A stretch of 63,503 bases of DNA, filler included, from Candidatus Woesearchaeota archaeon (GCA_003695265.1; 4 parts of 4 records of this genome joined end to end with filler, not necessarily neighbours in it); one strand, 5' to 3'; shown: positions 28,465-39,170, counted from the first letter of the whole stretch. Made by a program: numbers and translations. The notes: generated from the letters alone by a model not told the origin.

Positions 28465-29718
28465 TTATTCTGGCCTTACTCCTCCAGTATCCTCATTCAG
28501 ATTGTGTTCTCCGTCATCATTAGTGTCGCCGCTCGGGCCGGTCGGCTGGCTTGTGACTGCTTCTCCCCTCCTGTTCCAAGTGTCTGTTGCCAAGTCACGG
28601 CAGTAGTCGTTGTAGCCGTAAATTTTTTCCTTGAACGTTAAGCAGATAGTAGTATAATTTCTCTGGCTGAAAAAGCTTCTCACAGTGTCGTAGCCGTCGT
28701 TCACTTCTCCTAGGCCTATGCTTATCCATTCCTTGCTGGGATCAGCTGGTATTGCAGTGTATTCGCCGCCATCATATTTCAGCTTTATCTTGTAATGAGC
28801 TACTGGCTCCTTGTCTTCTTCTAAGCTGTTAAGGTATGATGTTTCAAAAGCGTCTCTTTCAAGGTTTCCCACCATCCATTGTATTGTGTAGAGGAAATGA
28901 GTGTCATTGTACAAGACTCTTTCGCCTCCTACCCAGCCGCAAACAGTTCCTTGGCCGCAGTAAACAGCGCTCTGAGCAGCGTGCTCCGGATGCAGAGGAG
29001 TGTTTTTTCTTGGGTTGCACCAGCTCTCCTCCAAGTAATCCCAAGGGTCCTGCACTAAGTCGCCTAAAACGCTTTCGCGCCACCACTCCCCGATTCTTTC
29101 GCCCCAGCCAGTATAACGCCATATCATGTCAAAAGCAACTGTGAAGATGTTGTCTTCTCCCCCGCAGTCCTCATCCCACCAAATATAACATCCTTGTGGG
29201 CAAATCCCATCATCGTCATTGCCGCACTCGCCCCAAAGCCTGACCTCGTCTGCTGGAACGCATTCCTTGTCATTGCAAACGCAGTTTTCAATTTTCCTTT
29301 CCACTTGTTTTCCATCTTCCTCAACAGTTTCTGTACCGCAATTCTTGCATTTGATACCATTGCAAATATCACCTGCTTTGCACTCTTTCTGTCCTGGTTT
29401 TTCCTTACACTTACCAACACGCTCTGATTCCTCCTTGCATTTTTCTTTTTCATCAGGCTTGAAGGCCTTGGTAAGAGTGTCTTTATTACAATACCAACCT
29501 TCATCCGCGAGCTTCCCAAAACAATTACACTTATCATTTACTGTATCCTCACAAGTATTAGAAGGATTGCATTCTTCATAATCATCAACGGTTGGAGTCA
29601 AGCCCAACGTCTCCATTTCATCAGCAGTCAGCTGGATTGTGAGAGTGTCAGCAAAAGATATTCCAATTAATATTAAGAAAATCATTGCCGTTATTCCAAG
29701 TATTATTTTTCGTTTCAT
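28465..29718 (-). CDS. Secreted Cys-rich protein
   Basis: MKRKIILG...SFA signal peptide; DDGICPQGC....DEDC motif; start set by ATGA overlap. Confidence 0.8.
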   Translation of the reverse strand: MKRKIILGITAMIFLILIGISFADTLTIQLTADEMETLGLTPTVDDYEECNPSNTCEDTVNDKCNCFGKLADEGWYCNKDTLTKAFKPDEKEKCKEESERVGKCKEKPGQKECKAGDICNGIKCKNCGTETVEEDGKQVERKIENCVCNDKECVPADEVRLWGECGNDDDGICPQGCYIWWDEDCGGEDNIFTVAFDMIWRYTGWGERIGEWWRESVLGDLVQDPWDYLEESWCNPRKNTPLHPEHAAQSAVYCGQGTVCGWVGGERVLYNDTHFLYTIQWMVGNLERDAFETSYLNSLEEDKEPVAHYKIKLKYDGGEYTAIPADPSKEWISIGLGEVNDGYDTVRSFFSQRNYTTICLTFKEKIYGYNDYCRDLATDTWNRRGEAVTSQPTGPSGDTNDDGEHNLNEDTGGVRPE

Positions 29719-31601
29719 TCGCAATCACTCATTCTGTGTTTAACGGTTTTGTCAACAGCTTTTGAATGATCATCCTTGTTCCACAAATAAACCTTGACTG
29801 TGTATTCTTCTCCTCCATTCAATCCTTCTATTCTTGCTCCCCTCCCTTTTCCATCGATTTCGATTTCGCCTTCTATTCCAGGATACCTGCTTAAGTCAAG
29901 GGTTAAAACGCCGCACTCAAAGCCAGGCTCACGAGCGCAGCATGCATCCTCATCATCTAAGCACTTATCCCTGTTTGCTAAGTCGCATTGTTTTTGCGGG
30001 CCGCAATCCTTATGATATTCCCAATTATTATTACATTTTTTTATTTTATTGTCTTCGCACATATACTGGCCGTTGGTGCATGGTTGCGCGTCACACGGCT
30101 TATCAGGGGGGTATCTTTTGTTAAAGCAGCAGTTTCCAGTTTTCCACACTTGGAACTTATTATTTTCTCCTTTGCACAGGCAAGCAGACGTTATTGGGCC
30201 TTGGTCACACACAGGATAAGTGTCGCATCGCTCATCTAAATGCACGTATTCACCACCAATTTTGCAACACCAGCCATTCCTGGCATCATTGCAATTCGAA
30301 CAAGGATTACTGTCAGTGCATTCAACCGAGTCATGGTTCTGGTTTTGAGACTCCTCTTCCGGCTTGCAGCACTTATTAATATTGTCTTGGCAAGCATCAT
30401 CTCCCGAACAAACTTGTCCTTGAGCACAATAGCCACTTTGCTCAACCCATACCCAATTATTATTCTTCTCACATTTTTTTACTTTATTATCCTCACAAAT
30501 ATACTTATTTCTCATGCTTTCATCACACGTTACAGTGCCGGCGTTTTGATTATTGCTCTGTTGAGAGCAGCAAACCTTGCCTGAATCTGTGCAGTAAAAG
30601 CCCGACATCACATTGCTGTCATCACAATCAGAAGATGCCTTGCATGTTGCTTCTGCTGAGTTGCCTTGGCCGCATTCTTTGCTCGTGTCGCAGCACCACT
30701 TATCACTTAAGCTGCCGTAGCAGTATCCAGGATTGCAGTAAGGTGCGTTATTGCATTCTGTTGTTGATGAAATGCCGCAGTCAGAGCACCTCCAATCAGT
30801 GCCGTATTGTTCTGAGCACGTTTTTTCTTTCTTGCAGCATTTTTTATTGTCAGCACAGTCTGCATAACGCGTGTCAATTCCTCCTTGAGCGTCGCAGCCG
30901 TTATCACCAGAGGTTTTAGCGCATTGGTTTTGAGGGCATTCAGGTTTACATTGCTCTTGAGTTTTATCATTCTTTCTTAAAGCTTTATAAGATGAATCAG
31001 AGATTATATTTTGGTCATTCCAAGCGTTCTTACAATCTTCAGCAGAGGTACAAACCCCTTTACAAGTACATTCAGCAACAACACAAACATTTTTATCAGA
31101 ATCCCAGTACTGTGGCTTAGCCTCACAACTTCCTTTTTCACATGCAGAAAGACCATCACAGTAATTCCTATCAACATTAACCCATCCGTCACCTAAGACG
31201 TCAATACAGTATTGGTTGGTTTCAAGAAGCTTCCATTTGCATTCACCTATGTTTTGCATGTTTTCATATTTGCAACAGCAACTGTACTTCCAAAGAGGGT
31301 CGTCTGGAAGTGGTTCATAACAATCATAACCATTCTGCCTTTCATCACATTTTTTGTTTCCAGAACATTCTTTTAAGAGTTTCCAATAAGATCCTCTTGC
31401 CACAAAGTCTAATACTTTCGTTCTGTCATTTGTGCAAGCTTCCTGCCAAGGCCAAGCCCAAGCATCATGTTGATTTAATTCAGCGCACCTAACACTAGGA
31501 TCCCATGGACACTTCCAGTGACCACTACGCCCTTCCTCTGCAAAGGCAATACTAATTAAGAATAAAATTCCAACAATTAACATTAACATTATTTTTCTCA
31601 T
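29715..31601 (-). CDS. Secreted, extremely Cys-rich repeat protein
   Basis: MRKIMLMLIVG...AFA signal peptide; repeated CEDNK(V/I)KKC..N.W and CC modules; start set by ATGA overlap. Confidence 0.82.
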   Translation of the reverse strand: MRKIMLMLIVGILFLISIAFAEEGRSGHWKCPWDPSVRCAELNQHDAWAWPWQEACTNDRTKVLDFVARGSYWKLLKECSGNKKCDERQNGYDCYEPLPDDPLWKYSCCCKYENMQNIGECKWKLLETNQYCIDVLGDGWVNVDRNYCDGLSACEKGSCEAKPQYWDSDKNVCVVAECTCKGVCTSAEDCKNAWNDQNIISDSSYKALRKNDKTQEQCKPECPQNQCAKTSGDNGCDAQGGIDTRYADCADNKKCCKKEKTCSEQYGTDWRCSDCGISSTTECNNAPYCNPGYCYGSLSDKWCCDTSKECGQGNSAEATCKASSDCDDSNVMSGFYCTDSGKVCCSQQSNNQNAGTVTCDESMRNKYICEDNKVKKCEKNNNWVWVEQSGYCAQGQVCSGDDACQDNINKCCKPEEESQNQNHDSVECTDSNPCSNCNDARNGWCCKIGGEYVHLDERCDTYPVCDQGPITSACLCKGENNKFQVWKTGNCCFNKRYPPDKPCDAQPCTNGQYMCEDNKIKKCNNNWEYHKDCGPQKQCDLANRDKCLDDEDACCAREPGFECGVLTLDLSRYPGIEGEIEIDGKGRGARIEGLNGGEEYTVKVYLWNKDDHSKAVDKTVKHRMSDCE

Positions 31602-34600
31602 TCTTCGCATTCTCCTGTTGCGTAGTTCCATTTGTCTTCTGGGCACATCGCGTCTTCGCAGATGTCTTCCATTTCTGAGGGCAGGTTAAAGTTTAGTTGC
31701 TGGTGCACGCTCGCAACAGCGCCTATCTTGTTGTTCACGTCCATTATTCCGCGTATGGTGTTGGCCATGTCGCAGGCTGCTTTTTGCCAGTCTGAAAGTT
31801 CAGCCCTGCCTTTGCTGTCGCAAGTGAACCAGCTTTGCAGCAGTGCTTTTGCAAGCCTTGGTATTCCTGTTTCAGGAAGTGATATTATGCTTTGCTGAAT
31901 CCCCCTGATAAGCCTTGTGAAACCTAGGAAGTCAAAGGCTTCTCCTAGCACTGTTGTGCACATGTACATTGCTCTGGCGTCTGCGCACATTCCAATGTCG
32001 CCTCCGTTGCTAACTGCTTTCCTCATGCAGTTTATGTATTCGCATTGGATGTAGCGGTACTTCTGCATGTTGTAGATTATTCCTGGAAGGCACGCGGTTG
32101 CGACTGCTGCTGGCAGATTATTCTTCGGGTCTAGTGACGTCGGGCTCATATAGCCATAGCTCTGCAGGCCCCTTATCACGCCAGTGTCTCTTAAGCCTGG
32201 TATTGCTGTGATGTCGCCGCCTATCATGTCAATGTAGCGCTGCCACGGCACAACATAACTGCAGCTCGCGTAATCGCAGTAGTTCCTTAGGCTTGCGTAA
32301 GTGCTTGCCTGCGACAACGTTTTTTTGTCGAGCTTGAAGGTTGGCGGCTGGCTCGGAGCAGATCCTTCCTTGCACCTGTCATAAGCTCCGGATTTCTTCC
32401 AGTAGTCGTACTGGCCGTACCAGAACGGGTAAATAAGATATTTTCCCAGGAATTCGTAAGGGTAGCATCCCACTTGGAAAACCGCTTCTCCAGCTCCTTC
32501 ATTAATGTGTTTTATGAAGCTGCCAAGCGCCTCGAGTGATGAGAACGCCTGCCAGAAGTGAACGACGCTTCTTGCGTTGTTGCAGAAGCCCTCAAACTTT
32601 TTCAGCGCATTGTTTGCTTCTCCAATCCACTCCCAGTCCGCCATTCCGCTTTCCTGCGCTTTCTTTATTTTTTCTTTTATTTTTTCGTCCGGAGGCGCGT
32701 TAAGCCTGCTTCCCCTAAGCTTGACTGGAAAAGTAAAATTGTCAATCTCGGCTTCTGGGTAAACGTTTGAGCCGAGCATTTCGTAAGTCCTTAGCTCGCA
32801 CGTAACATTAAACTTAAACTTGTCTGAGGGCACTTCAGGCCTTAATGGTTTGAGTGCGAAGTCAGCCCTGTTCTCGTCTGACAAGTTCATCCTCGGCCTG
32901 ACAAGCCTGGGATAATTCTCGCTGAAGAAGTAATCTTCATAAATGCTTTCATCCCCTCCTATGCTGCAGTCATCTAATTCCATGTTAAGCACTTTCACGT
33001 TTGGGTTTCCTGTAAGCTTGAACGGAACTGAGTAAGCATATTCGTCAACCAAGGTTAATGTCAGCCTGCTGACTCCATTCTTAGGCCGGATCTCATCCTC
33101 AAGAATATCAACACCAATAAGGTCTTGGCCTGTCTCGTTTAACACGCCGAAGACTTCTTTTTGGATTGTGATGTTTGCTGTGTTGTTTGAAAAGTCGCTC
33201 ACCTCAAAGTACAAGTCAGCAGTCCTGTGGCCTCCCATCACAGTGTCTGTCGGGCTTATCGTGCAAGTGTATAATTCTCCGCTCGCAACAGCGCAGTCAA
33301 CTACGTCATTCTCATGCCCTATGCTGTAAAGCTCTGACAGGTTTGCCCTGGCTTCTCTTATGCCCCAGCCGGGCTCTGTCACGTTGAACGTTATTGTTAT
33401 TACGTCGCCGCCTTTTATTTCTGAGAGGCCGTCCTGGTTTATTATGGAAAAGCTGTCAGCATCGATTATTGGAGCAGCGTCATCAAAGTACAGCATGTAA
33501 TGAGTTTCTCCTGTAACCGCATTTCCAACATCATCTCTTGAAGGGTAAACTATTGAGACGAAGGGAGTGCTGGGCCCTTGAATGTTCACGTTAACTGGCA
33601 CTGTGCATTCCCATGATGGCTCTGCTCCCTCACACCTAAAGACGCGCCTTGCTGTCGTGTAGCTAGGGTTGAGCTCGTTAAGCATTAACCATATTAGATT
33701 ATTATTAAAGCCGGCTCCTGTGTCTGTTAAGACAACTTTCAGGTTCTGCTGCCCTCTTCTCAGATAAAAGTTGCCGTCATTGTCGTAAAGCTCTGTTTCA
33801 ATAGAATTAACAACAGGCGCATCATTGTCCTCAATTAGTGTTGCGCTCACAGCCCTTGTCGTGTTGTGGCCGAACTCATCAAAAGCAGTGACTGTTATCT
33901 CAGCAGTGGTGCTTGACAGCAGCAAGTCTATTTCTCTCCAGGAGCATTCCCAATTGTTGCCTGAGGTTTTCTCGCAGCTAACCCTTCCAGGACTGCCTTT
34001 CTCCCATGAAGTGCTCCTATACTCAGGCTTCTGAGGGTTTAAGCCTGAGATGTCTGCCTCGACTTTCTGCAGGTTTGCGTCAGTTATGGTTACGAAAGCG
34101 TCAACATGGCTTATCGTCCTGTCGCTTCCAGAAGTTGAAACATACCTTACTGGATTGCCGTTCTTCATTAAGGCAAGCGTTCCGCTTATGCTCGGGCTTA
34201 CAGAATCAACAGTGACTGTGCCTAAGCTTTCCATCCTTTCGTTTCCCGTGTTGTCTCTTGCTGTGTAGCTGAATTCTAAGACGCCGTCCTCTGCAGCGTC
34301 TATTGTTTCTGTTATTGTGTGCGTGCAGTCTCCGGGCCACGCGTTAATAACAACTGTTTTGTCAACACTTCCAAGATGGAAAACAATTTCCTTCGTGCCT
34401 GAGCAGCCGTACCCTGTTGCGGAGATTGTGTCCTCAACCACTGCTTCTATCTCAAGAGTCCTGTCATTAGTATTAATTGAGTTTATGCTGACAGTGGGCG
34501 CTACTCCGTCAACCTTTATGCCTGCTTCCACAACAGGCCCTACTGGCTGGTCTCCCTCATATTTTTGCAGCTTGTAAGGTGGAGTTTTTGGGCCTGCTGG

Positions 34601-34867
34601 AAGATTATTAGGCCCAATGTCCATGCTGCAGTAATAAAGGCTTAGGCCTTGTATTGGCGTGCAGTTGAAGAACCTGAATTCATCGCCCAGAATCCTGATG
34701 TTCTCCGAGTCTGTTGTTATGTTTATGAATGTGTGGTCTGACATTCTCCTATAACCATCAACGCCATCCTGGCCTGAAATGTGGTTCACGCTGATCAGCG
34801 CAAAAGCAGTGTTTGACATTAGTAAAATTATTATAATTGCCAATGCCTGTCTTATTGCTCGTTTCAT
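31598..34867 (-). CDS. Large secreted protein (about 1089 aa) with Ig-like repeats and Cys-rich helical C-terminus
   Basis: MKRAIRQ...AFA signal peptide; D..AP / D..GN beta-sandwich boundary motifs; start at 34867 by ATGA overlap rather than 35014. Confidence 0.85.
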   Translation of the reverse strand: MKRAIRQALAIIIILLMSNTAFALISVNHISGQDGVDGYRRMSDHTFINITTDSENIRILGDEFRFFNCTPIQGLSLYYCSMDIGPNNLPAGPKTPPYKLQKYEGDQPVGPVVEAGIKVDGVAPTVSINSINTNDRTLEIEAVVEDTISATGYGCSGTKEIVFHLGSVDKTVVINAWPGDCTHTITETIDAAEDGVLEFSYTARDNTGNERMESLGTVTVDSVSPSISGTLALMKNGNPVRYVSTSGSDRTISHVDAFVTITDANLQKVEADISGLNPQKPEYRSTSWEKGSPGRVSCEKTSGNNWECSWREIDLLLSSTTAEITVTAFDEFGHNTTRAVSATLIEDNDAPVVNSIETELYDNDGNFYLRRGQQNLKVVLTDTGAGFNNNLIWLMLNELNPSYTTARRVFRCEGAEPSWECTVPVNVNIQGPSTPFVSIVYPSRDDVGNAVTGETHYMLYFDDAAPIIDADSFSIINQDGLSEIKGGDVITITFNVTEPGWGIREARANLSELYSIGHENDVVDCAVASGELYTCTISPTDTVMGGHRTADLYFEVSDFSNNTANITIQKEVFGVLNETGQDLIGVDILEDEIRPKNGVSRLTLTLVDEYAYSVPFKLTGNPNVKVLNMELDDCSIGGDESIYEDYFFSENYPRLVRPRMNLSDENRADFALKPLRPEVPSDKFKFNVTCELRTYEMLGSNVYPEAEIDNFTFPVKLRGSRLNAPPDEKIKEKIKKAQESGMADWEWIGEANNALKKFEGFCNNARSVVHFWQAFSSLEALGSFIKHINEGAGEAVFQVGCYPYEFLGKYLIYPFWYGQYDYWKKSGAYDRCKEGSAPSQPPTFKLDKKTLSQASTYASLRNYCDYASCSYVVPWQRYIDMIGGDITAIPGLRDTGVIRGLQSYGYMSPTSLDPKNNLPAAVATACLPGIIYNMQKYRYIQCEYINCMRKAVSNGGDIGMCADARAMYMCTTVLGEAFDFLGFTRLIRGIQQSIISLPETGIPRLAKALLQSWFTCDSKGRAELSDWQKAACDMANTIRGIMDVNNKIGAVASVHQQLNFNLPSEMEDICEDAMCPEDKWNYATGECEE

Positions 34868-35670
34868 TGTGTCATTGATTGGTAGCACGTGAATTTGTAA
34901 AAGTCCGAGTTTATGCTCCTGCAAGCTTGATACCTGTCTGAAACGTCGAATTCCGGGTTGTTCGCCATGATTAGGTAGCAGACGTCTTTTTCCTGGCCTT
35001 TTTTCTCGCTGCATTTCTGCTGCGCCTCTTCTAAGTAGCTTCCTTTCAGCTCTGCTATTGTTGCTTTGCTCAGCCTGATTGTCTTGTTGTAAAAATTAAG
35101 GCCTAACCCCACCAAGACAAGGAAAACGCACGCCCAGATTAGTATTAGGGAATAAAGGAATGCCAAGTCTTTTTTCTGCACCGGCTTCTTGTGGTAAGAC
35201 CTCACAACAAAGTAGTCTCTCTCACTGAACAAGTACCAGAGTATTAGGCCGTTCACGACAAGGGTTATGAAAAATGACAGCAAGCTTATGTTCCTTAGGA
35301 CAGAAAAGCTGTTTCCTTCATGCAGGAAGAGTGATAAGAAAGCATTTAAGATGCCGAACCCAAACCATACAACGCTAACTTCAAAAGCCCATTCCTTCCT
35401 GTTCAGGTAGCCGTACACCAGAAAAGCTAATAGCACGGCTATTGCGAAGTTAAACGCAGAGGCGTCTGCTCCTCTTATTATTTTTCCGAGAACATATGTT
35501 GTTGGCGTTGAAATTCCTAATATGAAGTAAAGCATGAAGAACAAGAAAAGTATTATTAAGTAGCCAGAGAGAACCCTTATTCCTAAAGGGATTGTGTAAT
35601 CCTTGTGAAAGGGGATTATTTTTCTGGGATGCCTTTTTTTATTTTTTTGACTAACACCCCTCTTTTTCAT
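34864..35670 (-). CDS. Membrane protein (about 5 TM) with C-terminal Cys motif; first gene of the surface-protein operon
   Basis: Hydrophobic helices followed by C...KDVCY...C..I.....KFTCY. Confidence 0.78.
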   Translation of the reverse strand: MKKRGVSQKNKKRHPRKIIPFHKDYTIPLGIRVLSGYLIILFLFFMLYFILGISTPTTYVLGKIIRGADASAFNFAIAVLLAFLVYGYLNRKEWAFEVSVVWFGFGILNAFLSLFLHEGNSFSVLRNISLLSFFITLVVNGLILWYLFSERDYFVVRSYHKKPVQKKDLAFLYSLILIWACVFLVLVGLGLNFYNKTIRLSKATIAELKGSYLEEAQQKCSEKKGQEKDVCYLIMANNPEFDVSDRYQACRSINSDFYKFTCYQSMTQ

Positions 35671-35755
35671 CCTGACAAGTATGGAATTGTATGGATTTAT
35701 AAATTTTGCGTTTTTAAAGAAGCATTTTTTGACTAAAAAAGATTTTAAAAAAGTT

Positions 35756-37843
35756 TTAGTGGACTAGAGCGTTATCAGCGACGCCTTTCACGCTGATAAG
35801 CTCTTTCTCTGTCCTTAACTCCTTGTTGTTGTACAGCACTTTATTCCCTGAGGTCACCATTTTTGCCTGCAAGAACTCTTTGAACTCAAGCTGCTTCTTC
35901 GGCTCCTGATTTATTCCATTCACAAAAACTCTGTCGCCGGGCTCGCTCTTTTCCGCAAGCAGAAGTGCAACTTTTTTTTCCTTGTCCTCAGCAGCAAGAA
36001 GCATTCCTTTGCTTTCTATTCCTCTTAGGCACGCTGGCTTAAGGTTGGCAACAACAACTATTTTTTTGCCTTTCAGCTGCTCTTTTGAGTAATACCCCTT
36101 AAGGCCCGCAACCAAAGTCCTTTTTTCTGCGCCTAAGTCTATGCTTAGGACGTAGAGCTTTTCTGCTTGTGGATGGTCTTCAGCGTTTAAGACTTTCGCG
36201 ACTCTCAAGTCTAGTTTTGAGAAAGGATCCTCTTTTTTTGAGAACACTTCGAGCTCGTCCTCTATTTTTGATATTAAGGGCTTTGCCGCGTTTATTTTCT
36301 TGTTCTCAATGCTTTTGCCGAGGTCATCCCATTTGAGATCTTTCAGGCCGAGCTGTTCTTCCAGCTTCCTACAGAACCCTGGCAATACAGACTTGAGAAG
36401 CACGGCTAAGTCCCTGACGAGATGGGCGCATAATGTTAAGATTTCGTGAGCTTTTTTTCTGTCATCCCTGATAAGCTTCCAGGGCTCGTTTTCCTGGAAG
36501 TACTTGTTTCCTTTACTGCTGACAGCTAGTATTTTTTGGACTGCTTGCCTGAACTCGTAATTCTTGTAAGATTCTTCAATAGCAGAATAATCCTTCTGAA
36601 CTTCCTCGTAAAAGCTTGAGTCACTCACTTCTGCGAGTTCTGAATTGTAATTCTTGTTAATGAAGCTTAGAACTCTGTAACAAAAATTCGCGATGTTCGC
36701 AACTAATTCGTTGTTTATTTTGTCCTTAAAGTCGTTTAAGTCGAGGTTGATGTCAGTCATTGACCTTGATAGGTTGGCAGCATAGTAAAACCTCAGGAAT
36801 TCAGGGCTGATGTGCTCTGCGAACTCCTTTGCTGTTAGGAAAGTGCCCCTTGACTTGCTCATCTTTTCCCTGTTCACGTTGAGGAAGCCGTGCACTAAAA
36901 CGTTGTGCGGCAGGTTGAAGCCTGAGCCCATGAGCATCGCAGGCCAGAACAACAAGTGGAAGTACGCGATGTCTTTTCCTATCACGTGGATTATTTTTGA
37001 GTTTTTGCCTTTCCAGTATTCTTCAATGCTGCAGTTGTGATTCTTGCAGTAATGCTCTGTGCTGGAAATGTAGCCAATAGGAGCGTCAAGCCAAACATAG
37101 TAATATTTGTCCTCTTCTCCTGGTATTTTAAAGCCGAAGTACGGGCCGTCCCTGCTGATGCACCAGTCCTCCAAGCCCTCTTTTATCCAGTTAAGGACTT
37201 GGTTTCTTATTTCGGGCTGCAATTCCTTGTTCTGTTTGAGCCATTCCTCCAGCTTTTGCGAGAATGAGCTCAGCTTGAAGAAGTAGTGCTTGCTCGTCTT
37301 CCTGACTGGCTTGCTTTTGCATAAGGTGCAGTAAGGCTCAATTAGGTCTGTTGTCTTGTAAGTGGAGTGGCATTTCTCGCACACATCGCCGTACTGGTCT
37401 TCTGCACCGCACTTCGGGCATTTTCCTTTCACGTAGCGGTCAGGAAGGAACCTTTTGCAGGACTCGCAGTAAGTTAGCTCGATTTCTTTTGTGTAAATAA
37501 GGTTTTTTTCTTTGAGGGTGTTGAATATTAGGTCGGAGTAATACTTGTTTTCTTTAGAGTTGGTTGAGTAGTAGCTATCAAACTCTATTTGGAAAAGTTT
37601 GAAGTCTTCCTGGTGCTCCTTATGGAATTTTTCAATGAACTTTTCTGGAGGAACTCCTTGTTTTGCCGCGTTTATTTCTATTGGCGCGCCGTGCGTGTCG
37701 TCAGCGCAGCAGTAAATCACGTCTTCTCCGATAAGCTTCAGGAACCTTACAAGTATGTCTGTTTGAATGTACTCTACTAAGTGGCCTATGTGTATTGAGC
37801 CGTTCGCGTAAGGCAGCGCGCTAGTAACCAGTATTTTCGTCAT
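35756..37843 (-). CDS. metG: Methionyl-tRNA synthetase with C-terminal tRNA-binding domain
   Basis: SALPYANGSIHIGH, Zn knuckles, YVWLDAPIGY and KMSKS. Confidence 0.97.
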   Translation of the reverse strand: MTKILVTSALPYANGSIHIGHLVEYIQTDILVRFLKLIGEDVIYCCADDTHGAPIEINAAKQGVPPEKFIEKFHKEHQEDFKLFQIEFDSYYSTNSKENKYYSDLIFNTLKEKNLIYTKEIELTYCESCKRFLPDRYVKGKCPKCGAEDQYGDVCEKCHSTYKTTDLIEPYCTLCKSKPVRKTSKHYFFKLSSFSQKLEEWLKQNKELQPEIRNQVLNWIKEGLEDWCISRDGPYFGFKIPGEEDKYYYVWLDAPIGYISSTEHYCKNHNCSIEEYWKGKNSKIIHVIGKDIAYFHLLFWPAMLMGSGFNLPHNVLVHGFLNVNREKMSKSRGTFLTAKEFAEHISPEFLRFYYAANLSRSMTDINLDLNDFKDKINNELVANIANFCYRVLSFINKNYNSELAEVSDSSFYEEVQKDYSAIEESYKNYEFRQAVQKILAVSSKGNKYFQENEPWKLIRDDRKKAHEILTLCAHLVRDLAVLLKSVLPGFCRKLEEQLGLKDLKWDDLGKSIENKKINAAKPLISKIEDELEVFSKKEDPFSKLDLRVAKVLNAEDHPQAEKLYVLSIDLGAEKRTLVAGLKGYYSKEQLKGKKIVVVANLKPACLRGIESKGMLLAAEDKEKKVALLLAEKSEPGDRVFVNGINQEPKKQLEFKEFLQAKMVTSGNKVLYNNKELRTEKELISVKGVADNALVH

Positions 37844-37918
37844 AGAGCAAAAAAACAGCCTTTTGTTTAAATACCTTTCTATACAAAGAATTCTTATTAG
37901 AATAATAAAATAATTTTT

Positions 37919-38812
37919 TTAGAGTGACTTCATAACATAGTATTCGTCATCGTCCTCAGAATTAATAGTTATCAGCAGAGTGGATGATGACTTTGACACT
38001 TTTTTCCTCAGCTCGCGCAGAAAGTCGATTATTTCCTCTTTTGAGTTTGATGAGATTAGTTCGTGAAGCCCGTCTAACAACAGGACGCCGTTTTTCGCAA
38101 CTCCAAGAAAATTGTCTACTGAGTCGCCCAACAGTTTAAGGTCTTTGGGGTTTATTGTGTTCCAAGCCTTTATGTTTGTCAGCCACAGAAAGGGAGTTCT
38201 CTTAAGATCGTACTTTGCCCTTATCTTGTCGGGGTTTTCTGTTGTGATTATGAGGCCCTCTTTTCCTGAAGTGACGTGTTCTACTAAAACGTCATAGGAC
38301 TTTTTCACTCCTTCGATAAAGTAAGTGAACCCTAGCTTTAAGTCGTGCTTTCTTTTTGGCTTTGCAAACCTGTCAATTCCGTCAACAATGCATTGCTCGC
38401 TCATGTTGCCTATTAGGTCTGTCTGGCTTAGGACGCCGTACAGCTTGTCATCCTCCTTTATGACAACTCTTCTTATGTTGTTCTCAACCAGCAAGTCTAT
38501 AACCTCAAAAACAGGCGTTGTTGTCTGCACGGTGATTATTGGAGAGCTCATTATGTCCTCAACTTTCGTGTGCTCAGGGTCTTTGCCTACTGAAACAATT
38601 TTTTTGACGAAGTCCCTTTCTGTGACTATGCCTACAGGCTCTTCGTTCTCAGTAACAACAATTGCTCCCATGTTTTTTTCTGCCATTAGCCTAGCAGCTT
38701 CTTGGACTGTTTTGCCTTTAGAAATCTTTAGGACGCCCGGCTTTATAATGTCTCTGACTATTATAGGGGATTCGCTTTCTGCCCTTATGCTTAATTCCTT
38801 CAAAGCATTCAC
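37919..38812 (-). CDS. CBS-pair protein with C-terminal DUF835-like domain
   Basis: GIVTERDF and IMSSPIITV CBS motifs; FLWLT...VLLLDGLHELIS C-terminus. Confidence 0.8.
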   Translation of the reverse strand: MNALKELSIRAESESPIIVRDIIKPGVLKISKGKTVQEAARLMAEKNMGAIVVTENEEPVGIVTERDFVKKIVSVGKDPEHTKVEDIMSSPIITVQTTTPVFEVIDLLVENNIRRVVIKEDDKLYGVLSQTDLIGNMSEQCIVDGIDRFAKPKRKHDLKLGFTYFIEGVKKSYDVLVEHVTSGKEGLIITTENPDKIRAKYDLKRTPFLWLTNIKAWNTINPKDLKLLGDSVDNFLGVAKNGVLLLDGLHELISSNSKEEIIDFLRELRKKVSKSSSTLLITINSEDDDEYYVMKSL

Positions 38813-38903
38813 CTTTTTTTATTATTAGTTAGTGCGGACTTATATAAAATTATCGGTTCTTTTTTGGAAAAGAAAAATTTTATAAACTAACACTAACATA
38901 AGG

Positions 38904-39170
38904 GTGAGTATGAGGAGAAAAAAGAGATTATTGATAGCGCTTCTGATAACAGGCTTCTTAGTTCTTGCCAGCACAGCAATCCAGTTAAGCATAGGCAATA
39001 ACTCAATAACTGGGGCTGCTGTTGTTATGGGCGAGAGAGTGTTTAAGCTCAACCTTTATTCAGGCCTCATTAATCTAGCAATAGTTACTCTCGGATTGCT
39101 GGGTTTTTACATTGAGGAGAAAGTAAGAATAAAAAGGATGAGCAGGAACATGATTGGTTATATTCGCTAA
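38904..39170 (+). CDS. Small two-TM membrane protein
   Basis: Two hydrophobic helices flanking SITGAAV; TATA box upstream. Confidence 0.6.
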   Translation: MSMRRKKRLLIALLITGFLVLASTAIQLSIGNNSITGAAVVMGERVFKLNLYSGLINLAIVTLGLLGFYIEEKVRIKRMSRNMIGYIR

